Positions 43,018 to 52,818 of a stretch of DNA of 64,000 nucleotides are shown here, piece after piece. The stretch lies in the NCBI GenBank assembly GCA_964384425.1, contig CAYLKE010000006.1, positions 15,174-79,173 of the forward strand, given 5' to 3'. A program made the position numbers and the translations under genes. Source of the DNA: an uncultured Methanosarcinales archaeon. GTDB taxonomy: Archaea > Nanobdellota > Nanobdellia > Woesearchaeales > JAGLXL01. Position 1 is the first letter of the stretch. Every line of letters begins with the position of its first letter. The notes below the pieces were generated by a model that was given only the letters and a program-made list of their open reading frames with translations, searched no databases and was not told the origin of the DNA.

Positions 43018-45771
43018 ATGAAAAAAGAGCTGGACAATATAAAATTTTATACTCAAGAAAAAAAAGATGTACTAAAGAATTTAGAATCTTCTGAAAATGG
43101 ACTTTCTCGTAATGAAGTAAATAAAAGACAAGAATATTATGGTTTAAATAAGATTTCAAAAGGTAGTCATATACATCCCCTTAAAATATTGGCACAGCAA
43201 TTCATAAGTCCCTTAATAATTATTTTACTTTTCGCTATTATAATATCTTTTGCAATAGGTGAATGGATTGATGCAATTGTAATATCTGTAATTGTATTGA
43301 TAAATGCTTTTTTAGGATTTTTTCAAGAATATAAGGCAGAAAGATCTATTGAAGCATTACAAAAAATGGTTTCTGAAACAGCAAGGGTAATAAGATCTGG
43401 AAAAAAGCAAGTAATAGACACTAAATTTCTTGTTCCAGGAGATATAATTATTCTTGAAGAAGGAGATAAAGTTCCTGCAGATGCAAGATTATTGGAAGAA
43501 CACATGCTTCAAACACAAGAAGCATCTCTTACTGGTGAATCACTTCCTCAAACAAAAGAAGTAAAAAAATTACCTAGTGATACTTTGTTGGGTGATAGAG
43601 AAAATATGGTTTATTATGGGACAGATATTGTAAAGGGTAGAAGTAAAGCAATAGTAACTGCAACAGCTATGAAAACAGAATTTGGAAAAATCGCTAAGAT
43701 GATAAGTGGAACTGAAAAGGAATTAACTCCTTTACAAAAAAAACTTTCTTCTTTAGGTAAATCAATCTCTATTATTGTAATAATCATAGCAATTGCAATA
43801 ACTATTATTGGATTATTAAAGCAGTTCATATTATTTGGTAATTTAACATTAGTATCATTTGAAAGTATTTTTATTTTAGCTGTAGCATTGGCTGTAGCTG
43901 CAATACCTGAAGGTTTGCCTGCTGTTGTGACAATAGGTCTTTCATTAGGCATACAAAGAATGGCAAAAAGAAATGCTCTGATGAGAAAATTACCTAGTGT
44001 TGAAACATTGGGTTCTGTAACTGTTATTTGTACTGATAAAACAGGAACTTTAACACACAATGAAATGACAACAAGACGTATATTCACTGATAATAATATA
44101 TATTCTGTTACTGGATCAGGGTATTCTCTTGAAGGAGATATTTTTCAAGATAAAACAAAAATTACTGCTAATAAAAACCTAAGGACATTAGGTATAATAG
44201 GAGATGTATGTAATAATTCAGAATTACAATCAAATGAAACAAAAGTAGATAAAAATGTTGTTGATACGAAGGCAATAGGTGATCCTACAGAAGTTGCATT
44301 AAAAGTTTTTGCTAAAAAAATAGATTTAGACACTAGTACTTTTAAAAGACTAGATGAAATACCTTTTACTTCTGAAAGAAAGATGATGTCTGTTGTTGTT
44401 AAAGGACAGAAAGGCAATTTTATTTTTACAAAAGGTGCTTCAGATATATTATTGAAAAAATGTGATAGAATTATGCTTGATGGAAAAGAACAGATGCTGA
44501 CCAGAGGACATATAAGGAGAATAGAAGAGATAACCGAAAGATTTGCAAATAGTGCTTTACGTGTTCTTGGATTTGCTTACAAAAAAATAAATTCTGTTAA
44601 TCATTCAGATGTAGTAGATGATAAATCCGCTAAATTAGAAGAAAATCTAGTATTTGTGGGATTGCAAGGTATGATTGATCCTCCTAGAGATGATGTTAAA
44701 TCTTCTATAAAAAAAGCTAATAGGGCAGGAATAAAAGTTATGATGGTTACTGGTGATCACCCTATAACTGCAAAAGCAATTGCAAAAGAAGTAGGTATAA
44801 TTGGGAAAATAATGGGTGGAAGTCAAATTAATGAATTATCTGATAAAGAATTAGATGGAGTAATAAATAACATAGGTATATTTGCAAGAGTAAGTCCAAA
44901 AGATAAATTAAGAATTGTTGAATCATTAAAAAGAAAAGGCCATATTGTTTCTATGACTGGAGATGGTGTTAACGATGCACCTGCATTAAAAAGAGCCGAT
45001 ATAGGTGTTGCAATGGGGATTACAGGTACGGATGTAAGTAGAGAAGCAAGTGATATGGTTTTATTAGATGATCATTTCCGTTCAATTACAAATGCTGTTG
45101 AAGAAGGTAGGAATATATTCGACAACATAAGAAAATTTGTTTATTATCTTCTTTCATCAAATATGGGAGAAGTATTAACTATATTTTTAGCAATGATATT
45201 AAATCTTCCCTTGCCATTATTTGCTGTTCAATTACTTTGGATAAATCTTATAACTGATGGAGCTCCTGCAACAGCACTTAGTGTTGAGCCAATAGATAAA
45301 GATATTATGATACATAAACCTCGTCCAGTAGATTATAATTTTGTAAATAAAAAAGCAAAATGGTGGATATTTTTTATAGGTGTAATAATGACTTTAGGAA
45401 CATTAGCAGTTTTTATTTTTGCATTAATGAGAAGTGGATGGATGTATGGATTAGAAATATCTGGAAATTCTTATGTTCATGCAACAACTATGGCATTTAC
45501 AACATTAGTGTTGTTTCAATTATTTAATGTATTTAATTGCAGACATCTTGAAAAATCTATTTTTAAATATCCTTTTTTTAAAAACAAATGGTTGTTTATG
45601 GCAATAGGTTTTTCACTGATACTTCAATTTATTGTAGTTTATTTACCTTTTTTTAATAATATATTTGATACAACGCCTTTAACTTTTTTTGAATGGATTG
45701 TATGCTTTTTAATAGCATCATCAGTATTATGGTTTAATGAGATTTATAAATTAATATTTAATAATAATTAA
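43018..45771 (+). CDS. P-type cation-transporting ATPase (type II, Ca2+-ATPase-like)
   Basis: LTGES, ICTDKTGTLT, AIPEGLP, MVTGDH, TGDGVNDAPALKRADIG. 917 aa with 10 predicted TM helices. Confidence 0.92.
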   Translation: MKKELDNIKFYTQEKKDVLKNLESSENGLSRNEVNKRQEYYGLNKISKGSHIHPLKILAQQFISPLIIILLFAIIISFAIGEWIDAIVISVIVLINAFLGFFQEYKAERSIEALQKMVSETARVIRSGKKQVIDTKFLVPGDIIILEEGDKVPADARLLEEHMLQTQEASLTGESLPQTKEVKKLPSDTLLGDRENMVYYGTDIVKGRSKAIVTATAMKTEFGKIAKMISGTEKELTPLQKKLSSLGKSISIIVIIIAIAITIIGLLKQFILFGNLTLVSFESIFILAVALAVAAIPEGLPAVVTIGLSLGIQRMAKRNALMRKLPSVETLGSVTVICTDKTGTLTHNEMTTRRIFTDNNIYSVTGSGYSLEGDIFQDKTKITANKNLRTLGIIGDVCNNSELQSNETKVDKNVVDTKAIGDPTEVALKVFAKKIDLDTSTFKRLDEIPFTSERKMMSVVVKGQKGNFIFTKGASDILLKKCDRIMLDGKEQMLTRGHIRRIEEITERFANSALRVLGFAYKKINSVNHSDVVDDKSAKLEENLVFVGLQGMIDPPRDDVKSSIKKANRAGIKVMMVTGDHPITAKAIAKEVGIIGKIMGGSQINELSDKELDGVINNIGIFARVSPKDKLRIVESLKRKGHIVSMTGDGVNDAPALKRADIGVAMGITGTDVSREASDMVLLDDHFRSITNAVEEGRNIFDNIRKFVYYLLSSNMGEVLTIFLAMILNLPLPLFAVQLLWINLITDGAPATALSVEPIDKDIMIHKPRPVDYNFVNKKAKWWIFFIGVIMTLGTLAVFIFALMRSGWMYGLEISGNSYVHATTMAFTTLVLFQLFNVFNCRHLEKSIFKYPFFKNKWLFMAIGFSLILQFIVVYLPFFNNIFDTTPLTFFEWIVCFLIASSVLWFNEIYKLIFNNN

Positions 45772-45788
45772 TTGAGTGTGATAGACAG

Positions 45789-46775
45789 ATGAATTACATA
45801 ACTATGTTTACAAATTACATAACTACATTTGCAAGAATGCATCCTAATATTTATTTAGGGTTAATTGCTTTAGTTTGTTTAATATTTATTGTTATCAGTG
45901 CAGATTATTTGTTATTAGGGATATCTAATTGGGCTAAAAAATTTGGAATAAGTGATTATCTAATTGGGCTTATAGCTGTTGCATTAGGTGCATCAATGCC
46001 TGAATTTGTTTCATCTCTTACAGGGGGGTCAGTTGGAGAAGGAGGAATTATATTTGGGACAATTCTTGGTTCAAATCTTTTTGGTTCAACAATAATTCTT
46101 GGATTAGGGGGTGTGTTGAATAAAGGAGGTATTAAACTTTCTAGCAAGTTGCTAAATTCAATAAAATATCTTATCCCTATTCTTTTACTTACTCCTGTTT
46201 TATTTGCAATAGATGGAGTTATAGGGAGAACAGATGCAGTAATCATGTTAGTTGTATATTTAGCATATCTTATTTATATCTGGAAAAAAGAAGGAGAATT
46301 AGGAACTCTTAAAGAAGCTAAATTAAAACATATCTGGCAGTTTGGATTGGTTTTTGTTTTTGCATTAGTGGCAATATTGTTGTTTGGAAGATGGTTGGTT
46401 TTTTCATCTTTAGGTATTGCAAATAATTTTGGAATATCTCCTTATATTATTTCTTTATTTATTTTAGGTGTTGGTGCTCAAATACCTGATTTAATTATGG
46501 TAATTAGATCTGTTCTAAAGAAAAAAGAAGGTGTTGGAATTGGAGAATTGTTTGGTAGTGCAATTGCAAAATGTAATCTTTTTTTTGGAATACTTGCTTT
46601 GATAAATCCTATAAAGATTCCATTTGAAACAATTTGGTTGATAGGTTTATTTATTTTAATAAATTCTCTAATAATTGTTTATAATATAAAAAAAGGTTTT
46701 GTTGGAAAATTTACTTCAGTTATTCATCTTTCATTATACGTTATATTTATAACTATTCAATTGTTTTTTATATAA
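45789..46775 (+). CDS. Ca2+/cation antiporter (CaCA family), second copy
   Basis: Alpha-repeat GASMPEFVSSL and a second repeat region GVGAQIPDLIM. Located 17 nt after the P-type ATPase. Confidence 0.75.
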   Translation: MNYITMFTNYITTFARMHPNIYLGLIALVCLIFIVISADYLLLGISNWAKKFGISDYLIGLIAVALGASMPEFVSSLTGGSVGEGGIIFGTILGSNLFGSTIILGLGGVLNKGGIKLSSKLLNSIKYLIPILLLTPVLFAIDGVIGRTDAVIMLVVYLAYLIYIWKKEGELGTLKEAKLKHIWQFGLVFVFALVAILLFGRWLVFSSLGIANNFGISPYIISLFILGVGAQIPDLIMVIRSVLKKKEGVGIGELFGSAIAKCNLFFGILALINPIKIPFETIWLIGLFILINSLIIVYNIKKGFVGKFTSVIHLSLYVIFITIQLFFI

Positions 46776-48458
46776 ATGGAAGTTTTCAAAGAAATTGTTG
46801 AATTATTAGAAAAAAGAAAATCAACAAATACTAAAGAACTAAATAAAATAAAAAATATTCTTTCTAAAAAATACTCTTTAAGAAAACCACCTACAAATTT
46901 TGAAATCTTATTACATCAACCTCATGTTTCATCAAAAGTAAGAAAAGTTCTTTTGACAAAACCTGTCCGAACAATTTCAGGAGTTTCTCCAGTAGCTATA
47001 ATGTGCATACCTCATAAATGTCCTCATGGAAAATGTATTTATTGTCCGGGTGGTGTAGATAGTTTTTTTGGAGATGTTCCTCAATCTTATACTGGACATG
47101 AGCCAGCTACAATGCGTGCTATAAGAAATAACTATGATCCTTATCTACAAGTTTTTAATCGTTTAGAACAATATGTTTTATTGGGTCATAATGCAAATAA
47201 GATTGAATTAATAGTCATGGGTGGGACCTTTCCAAGTTTAGATATAAAATATCAAGAAGAATTTGTTATGTATGCTTACAAAGCAATGAATGATTTTTCT
47301 AAAATGTTTTTTATGGGCGGAAAATTAAAAATAAAAAAATATAAAGAATTTTTTGAACTTCCTCATGATAAAGATGATCCAAAACTTATGAAGAAAATAC
47401 AAAAAAAGATTCTTGAACTTAAGAAAAAAAATATTAAAGATCTTGATTATGAAAAAAAGAAAAATGAAACTACTTTAGTGAGATGTGTAGCTTTATGTAT
47501 TGAGACTCGTCCAGATTATTGTAATAAAAAAATAATTAATGAGTTGTTGAGATTAGGAACAACAAGAGTAGAATTAGGAGTTCAACATATTGATGATGAA
47601 ATTCTTAAAAAGATTAAAAGAGGACATGATGTTTCAGATACTATAAAATCAACAAAACTTTTGAAAGATTCTTTTCTTAAGGTAGGATACCATATGATGA
47701 TAGGGTTGCCAGGCAGTAATAGAAAAAAAGATATTACTATGATTAAGACGATATTTTCAGATGAGAGATTTAAACCCGATACTCTTAAAATATACCCTAC
47801 ACTTGTTCTTGAAGGAACAGAACTATATGAAATATACAAAACTAACAAATATAAATCTCTAAGTATTCCAAAAGCAGTTGACTTGATAAAAGAAGCAAAA
47901 AAATTCATTCCAAAATATTGTAGGGTTATGAGGGTTCAAAGAGATATTTCAACAAAACAATTAGTGGCAGGCCCTATGATAAGTAATTTAAGACAGATGA
48001 TACATCAAAAAGAAGATTATTCTTGTAAGTGTATTAGGTGTCATGAGCCAAGAAAAAAGGAAATTGATTTTAGTTCTATCGAATTGCTCCGTATGGATTA
48101 TGATGCTTCTGATGGAAAGGAAGTATTTTTGTTTTTTGAAGATGTCAAGAACAAGATATTGATTGGATTTTTACGTCTTAGAATTCCTTCAGAACCTTTT
48201 AGAAAAGAAATAACTCCAACTAGTGCTGGTGTTAGACAATTACATGTTTATGGAACTCAAACAAAATTAGGTGAGAAAGGTAAAACACAACATAAAGGTT
48301 TTGGAATAAAATTAATGAAAGAAGCAGAAAAGATTGCAAAAGAGATTGGGTGTGATAAAATGGTTGTTATTTCTGGAGTAGGTGTTAGAGAATATTATGT
48401 TAAGAAATTAGGATATAGGCGAGAAGGATATTATGTTGTTAAGACAATAAAAAATTAG
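46776..48458 (+). CDS. elp3: Elp3-type radical-SAM/GNAT tRNA uridine(34) modification enzyme
   Basis: ..KPVRTISGVSPVAIMCIPHKCPHGKCIYCPGG.. radical-SAM cluster region and C-terminal GNAT block ..QHKGFGIKLMKEAEKIA.. The start abuts the previous stop (TAAATG). Confidence 0.92.
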   Translation: MEVFKEIVELLEKRKSTNTKELNKIKNILSKKYSLRKPPTNFEILLHQPHVSSKVRKVLLTKPVRTISGVSPVAIMCIPHKCPHGKCIYCPGGVDSFFGDVPQSYTGHEPATMRAIRNNYDPYLQVFNRLEQYVLLGHNANKIELIVMGGTFPSLDIKYQEEFVMYAYKAMNDFSKMFFMGGKLKIKKYKEFFELPHDKDDPKLMKKIQKKILELKKKNIKDLDYEKKKNETTLVRCVALCIETRPDYCNKKIINELLRLGTTRVELGVQHIDDEILKKIKRGHDVSDTIKSTKLLKDSFLKVGYHMMIGLPGSNRKKDITMIKTIFSDERFKPDTLKIYPTLVLEGTELYEIYKTNKYKSLSIPKAVDLIKEAKKFIPKYCRVMRVQRDISTKQLVAGPMISNLRQMIHQKEDYSCKCIRCHEPRKKEIDFSSIELLRMDYDASDGKEVFLFFEDVKNKILIGFLRLRIPSEPFRKEITPTSAGVRQLHVYGTQTKLGEKGKTQHKGFGIKLMKEAEKIAKEIGCDKMVVISGVGVREYYVKKLGYRREGYYVVKTIKN

Positions 48459-48506
48459 TTTTTAATATTATTAAAATTATAAAAAAATAAAATAAATATT
48501 TGTGGT

Positions 48507-49562
48507 TTATTTCTTTTTAGTACTTTTTTTCTTTGTCCCTTTCTTCGTTGCTTTCTTTTTCTTTGTAGGTTTTTTTGCTTTCTTAGAACTCTTCTTACTT
48601 GATGTTTCTTTATCTTTCTTTGTTTTCTTTTTAGTTGCTTTCTTCTTCTTTGTCGCTTTCTTCACTGATTTTTTCTTTGTTGTTTCTTTTTTTACATTAC
48701 TTGATTTTTTATCTGTATTCTTTTTAGTACTTTTTTTCTTTGTCCCTTTCTTCGTTGCTTTCTTTTTCTTTGTAGGTTTTTTTGCTTTCTTAGAACTCTT
48801 CTTACTTGATGTTTCTTTATCTTTTTTTGTTTTCTTTTTAGTACTTTTTTTCTTTGTCGCTTTCTTCACTGCTTTCTTTTTCTTTGTAGGTTTTTTTGTC
48901 CCTTTCTTCTTACTTGTTTTCTTTTTAGTTGCTTTCTTCTTCTTTGTCCCTTTCTTCTTACTTGTTTTCTTTTTTACTACTTTTTTCTTACCTGGTTTTT
49001 TACCTGGTTTTTTCTTAGGTACTATTTCTTTTCTCTTTATTTTTCTCAGTTTACTTGCTTGCTTAAGTTCTTTTTCAGTATTCTTTATCCTTTTCTCAAG
49101 TTCTTTTACCATTGCTCTATTATCTGTCTCTTCTAAAAGTTCACCACATTCATAACATTTAAAATTATAATTTATTGCTTCTTCAAATGTAAGCCTTAAA
49201 CACTTTTCTTTACATGTAAAATAAGTTTCACTTAATTCTCTATTTAGCATCTCATTTAATGCCTCTAATTTTTGTTTTAGATGTTTTTTATATGCATATA
49301 TTAGTTGATCTTTTCTCAATGACCAATAATAAATATACCATCCTTTTTCTTTATCTTTCTTTCTTGTAAATTCAACAAGATTTTGTTCATGTAATTTATA
49401 CAAAAGAAATCTTGCTCTTTTAACATCGGCATTTATCTTTTCAGCAATCTCTAATTCTGAGATGTTATCTTTTTTCTTAAGAATTTCCACTACTTCTATA
49501 ACATCAGAACCGATGCTTTTATGTATTATTTCATTTAGTTTTTCAGAAGTTATTTTTATCAT
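48507..49562 (-). CDS. tfe: transcription factor E alpha (TFE) fused to a ~190-aa lysine-rich histone-H1-like tail
   Basis: Winged helix (..ISELEIAEKINADVKRARFLLYKLHEQNLVEF..KGWYIYYW..), Zn-ribbon-like CKEKC..CYECG, then KKPGKKPGKKKVVKKKTSKKKGTKKKKATKK.. to the C-terminus. ATG at 49562 chosen. Confidence 0.8.
   Translation of the reverse strand: MIKITSEKLNEIIHKSIGSDVIEVVEILKKKDNISELEIAEKINADVKRARFLLYKLHEQNLVEFTRKKDKEKGWYIYYWSLRKDQLIYAYKKHLKQKLEALNEMLNRELSETYFTCKEKCLRLTFEEAINYNFKCYECGELLEETDNRAMVKELEKRIKNTEKELKQASKLRKIKRKEIVPKKKPGKKPGKKKVVKKKTSKKKGTKKKKATKKKTSKKKGTKKPTKKKKAVKKATKKKSTKKKTKKDKETSSKKSSKKAKKPTKKKKATKKGTKKKSTKKNTDKKSSNVKKETTKKKSVKKATKKKKATKKKTKKDKETSSKKSSKKAKKPTKKKKATKKGTKKKSTKKK
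48511..48842. repeat. 125-bp near-perfect direct repeat (48511..48635 and 48718..48842, 207-bp period, 1 mismatch) within the TFE tail
   Basis: TTCTTTTTAGTACTTTTTTTCTTTGTCCCTTTCTTCGTTGC.. restarts exactly 207 nt (69 codons) later. Confidence 0.85.
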
Positions 49563-49633
49563 TTTGTATTTCCTCTTCTTTTTATTTATATATTTTATGT
49601 TAATTATCAATTAATCATTAATATTTTTGTTGT

Positions 49634-51514
49634 TTAAGCTACATTTTGCTTTTGCTGTGTTTCTATTGGTTTTACTAATTTATCTATTTGTTGTGATTTT
49701 TTACTTATTTTATTTTCCTGTTCTTTCATTTTACTATCTAAATCTTTTTTGAAAATTTCTACTTGACTTCTTATATAACTTACTTTTGGAAGTTTTGGTC
49801 TTTGGTTCATCAATCCTTGTATTTTAGCAAGATAAATATTCATTGGTCTTTTTACTATCTTTACTTTATTCAGTTTGTTATCATTTATAAAATTTTTAAT
49901 TAACTGTAACAATGTTTCTATTTCCTTATTCTCTTTTGATGAAAGCACATATTTTTCCATATCTAGATTAACTAGGAAATTATTTCTTTGATCTTCAAGC
50001 TTTCCAATCACATCTATTCTATTTTGTATTAAATCAGATATATTTTTTTGATTTTTTCTCATGTCATCAATAAAATTTGAATAAGTGGATTTTCTTCTTT
50101 TACTTCTCATATAAGTCATTGCTTCGTGCTTTCTTTTGATTTCTTCATTCATTGCAGATATTGCTGATCGTAATCTACTATCCTTGTTTGGAATCATTTT
50201 TTGAAGACCAAGAAGCTCGTCTAAAAGTTGTTTAAAATAAGCACTTGTCTCATTTGAAAATTTTTGTTTTGCTTTACCTATATTGTTATTAAATGAAATT
50301 TCAACAGATTTAATTTTTTCTGATATATCTTTATCAATTAAATTCTTAAGTGCTATATAATCATTTTTTGAAGATATTAATTTTTCTATTCTCTTATATA
50401 AAAAGTTTAAAACATTGTTTAAATCTTGTTTAAATTTCTTAACTTTATTTATTGCATTTGAATCTACCATTGATTTCATCTTCAACATAAACTTTTTGCA
50501 CAAATCATAGATTATATTTCCTTTTCCTAATTGACTTATTTTTGCCCTAAAATATTGGGTCATTTCAATAACATAAGTTCTTATTAAGTTTACATCATTA
50601 GAATCAATTTCTTGATTTTCATTATCATTACCTTTTTTGTTTGAAAGAAATCTTTTTTCGAAATTGTTTGTTTTATTAATAACATCTTTTTTTATTGATT
50701 CTAAGAAATTTATCTGTGCTGTAGAAATTTTGCCTGGAAGAACTTTAAATCTTCTCTCTAACATACCATAATCATTTTTAATATCTAAAGATTTTTTATA
50801 CATATTATCAATTGCAATTACAAATTCTTCTTCAATAAACTTTTTCTCTTTGAAAATATTTAATTGTTTATCTGCATTATTTAGATTTTCTTCTAATTCA
50901 AAAAGTTTACTTCTTAATCTATTTTCAAAATCAGTGTTTGTGTTAATATTAAGATTTTCTTTTTCAGTTTCTTCTATTAATTTTTTCTTATCTTTTATTA
51001 ATTTGAATATTTTTCTTCTTGAAATCTTTATTTCTTTTTTTACATTTTCTATTTGTTTTCTTAATTCTTTTATTAATATTGCTTTTTCAGTTAATTCTAT
51101 GCCCAATTTTCCACCAACTTTAGTAACTTTCCAAGTAAGTCCTACTGTTTTTTTACCTAAATATTTTGCTACATTTCCTGTCCCTTTTATTATTCCCCAT
51201 AATCCTTTGCTGATATTTCCTAATGTTTTTGTTGAATTATTTATTCTCGGAGTAGTATCTTCATAATCATCTAAATAATCTCTTTCATATCCATAACTTG
51301 AAGAAAAACTATCATCTCGGGTACTGAATTTTCCAATTAATCTCAAAATAAAAAAAATAGCTAATATGATTATAAAAATAGGTGTAAGAACATTTAATTT
51401 TGCTAAAGAGTTTACTCTTATAAAGACAAAACTTCCAATAATAATTACTAGAATTAATAGCCATATTTTGGTATTTCTTGTTATGAAATTATCTGTATCA
51501 TTCCATGAACTCAT
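49634..51514 (-). CDS. hypothetical membrane-anchored coiled-coil protein (626 aa)
   Basis: Two N-terminal TM helices, then about 500 aa of K/E/N-rich helical sequence. The start overlaps the enolase stop by 4 nt. Confidence 0.6.
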   Translation of the reverse strand: MSSWNDTDNFITRNTKIWLLILVIIIGSFVFIRVNSLAKLNVLTPIFIIILAIFFILRLIGKFSTRDDSFSSSYGYERDYLDDYEDTTPRINNSTKTLGNISKGLWGIIKGTGNVAKYLGKKTVGLTWKVTKVGGKLGIELTEKAILIKELRKQIENVKKEIKISRRKIFKLIKDKKKLIEETEKENLNINTNTDFENRLRSKLFELEENLNNADKQLNIFKEKKFIEEEFVIAIDNMYKKSLDIKNDYGMLERRFKVLPGKISTAQINFLESIKKDVINKTNNFEKRFLSNKKGNDNENQEIDSNDVNLIRTYVIEMTQYFRAKISQLGKGNIIYDLCKKFMLKMKSMVDSNAINKVKKFKQDLNNVLNFLYKRIEKLISSKNDYIALKNLIDKDISEKIKSVEISFNNNIGKAKQKFSNETSAYFKQLLDELLGLQKMIPNKDSRLRSAISAMNEEIKRKHEAMTYMRSKRRKSTYSNFIDDMRKNQKNISDLIQNRIDVIGKLEDQRNNFLVNLDMEKYVLSSKENKEIETLLQLIKNFINDNKLNKVKIVKRPMNIYLAKIQGLMNQRPKLPKVSYIRSQVEIFKKDLDSKMKEQENKISKKSQQIDKLVKPIETQQKQNVA

Positions 51515-52749
51515 AGTTCTTCTCCTATTACCAATATTCTGTTATATTTGCATGTTCTTTCACTTCTACATGGGGCTCCACTTTTTATGTAATCACCAAC
51601 ACCTACTGCTAAATCTGCAATAAAATCATCTTCTGTATCTCCACTTCTATGAGATACAAATATCTTCCAATTGAAATCTCTTGCAAGAGCTGCTGCTCGC
51701 AATGCTTCAGTAATTGTTCCTATTTGATTTATTTTCAATAATAATGTGTTACAAGATTTGTTTTTTTCAGCTTTCATAACTCTTTTAGGGTTTGTAACAG
51801 TAAGATCATCTCCAACAATCATTTTTCCTTTTAATTCTTTTTTTGCTATTGCAAAAGATTGAAAATCTTCTTCATTAAAAGGATCTTCAATAGAAACAAT
51901 ATTGTATTTTGAACATATTTTTTTATAATAATTTAATAATTTTTTTACAGACATTATTTTTCCATCTATATTATATTTATTGTCTTTTTTCCTGTAAAAA
52001 TAACTTGCAGCACAATCTAAAGCAATATTTGTATCTTTATAACCAGCATCATAACTTGCTTTTTTTATCAATTTAAGTGCTTCTTCAGTTTTAGCTATGT
52101 TTGGGGCAAATCCTCCTTCATCTCCCACATTTACAGAGGTTTTGCTATATTTTTTAATTAGTATTTTTTTTAATGAATGATAAATTTCACTTGCACATCT
52201 TACTCTTTCTGAAAATTTCTTTTGTTTAGGTATTATCATAAATTCTTGTATCACTAAATCATTTCCTGCATGTTCTCCACCATTCAATATGTTGAAAGAT
52301 GCATAAGGTATTCCTATTTTTTTCTTTTTAATAAGTAATTTGTTGAATTGTTTGTTTAGATATTTGTATAAGGGCATTCTTGCTCTATCAGCTTCTATAC
52401 GAGCAGATGCCATTGACACTGCTAAAATTGCATTTGCACCTAGTTTTGATTTATTATCTGTTCCATCTAATTTTATCATAAAATCATCCAGTTCTGAAAG
52501 TGAATTAAATTTTTTATCTAATATTTTTCTTTTAATTTTCATAATATTTGCAATTGCTTTTTTAACACCTTTTCCATTATATCTTTTTTCTTTATCTCTC
52601 AATTCAATTGCTTCATGTATTCCTGTACTTTTTCCACTAGGTACAATTGCAGAATAGAATTTATTATTTGATTTTATTTTAATCATAATTGTTGGAATCC
52701 CTCTAGAATCTAATACTTCATATGCTTTTATATCTTGTATTTTAATCAT
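51511..52749 (-). CDS. eno: enolase (phosphopyruvate hydratase)
   Basis: ..YEVLDSRGIPTI.., ..IQEFMIIP.., ..VGDDLTVTNP.., ..SHRSGDTEDDFIADLAVG.. Confidence 0.93.
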   Translation of the reverse strand: MIKIQDIKAYEVLDSRGIPTIMIKIKSNNKFYSAIVPSGKSTGIHEAIELRDKEKRYNGKGVKKAIANIMKIKRKILDKKFNSLSELDDFMIKLDGTDNKSKLGANAILAVSMASARIEADRARMPLYKYLNKQFNKLLIKKKKIGIPYASFNILNGGEHAGNDLVIQEFMIIPKQKKFSERVRCASEIYHSLKKILIKKYSKTSVNVGDEGGFAPNIAKTEEALKLIKKASYDAGYKDTNIALDCAASYFYRKKDNKYNIDGKIMSVKKLLNYYKKICSKYNIVSIEDPFNEEDFQSFAIAKKELKGKMIVGDDLTVTNPKRVMKAEKNKSCNTLLLKINQIGTITEALRAAALARDFNWKIFVSHRSGDTEDDFIADLAVGVGDYIKSGAPCRSERTCKYNRILVIGEEL

Positions 52750-52818
52750 AATACCTCTTTTATATTTGTTATTGATTTATACAATATGCATCATAACTAT
52801 TATTGGGTTATTGTGTAA

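Noticed and set aside
48502-49155. 217-aa plus-strand ORF (and likewise 59114..59773 and 59380..59670), made almost only of F/L/V/S.
   Set aside because: They are antisense to the lysine-rich tails of TFE and the ABC-2 permease: poly-AAR codons read backwards give poly-YTT. There is no start context and no plausible protein.
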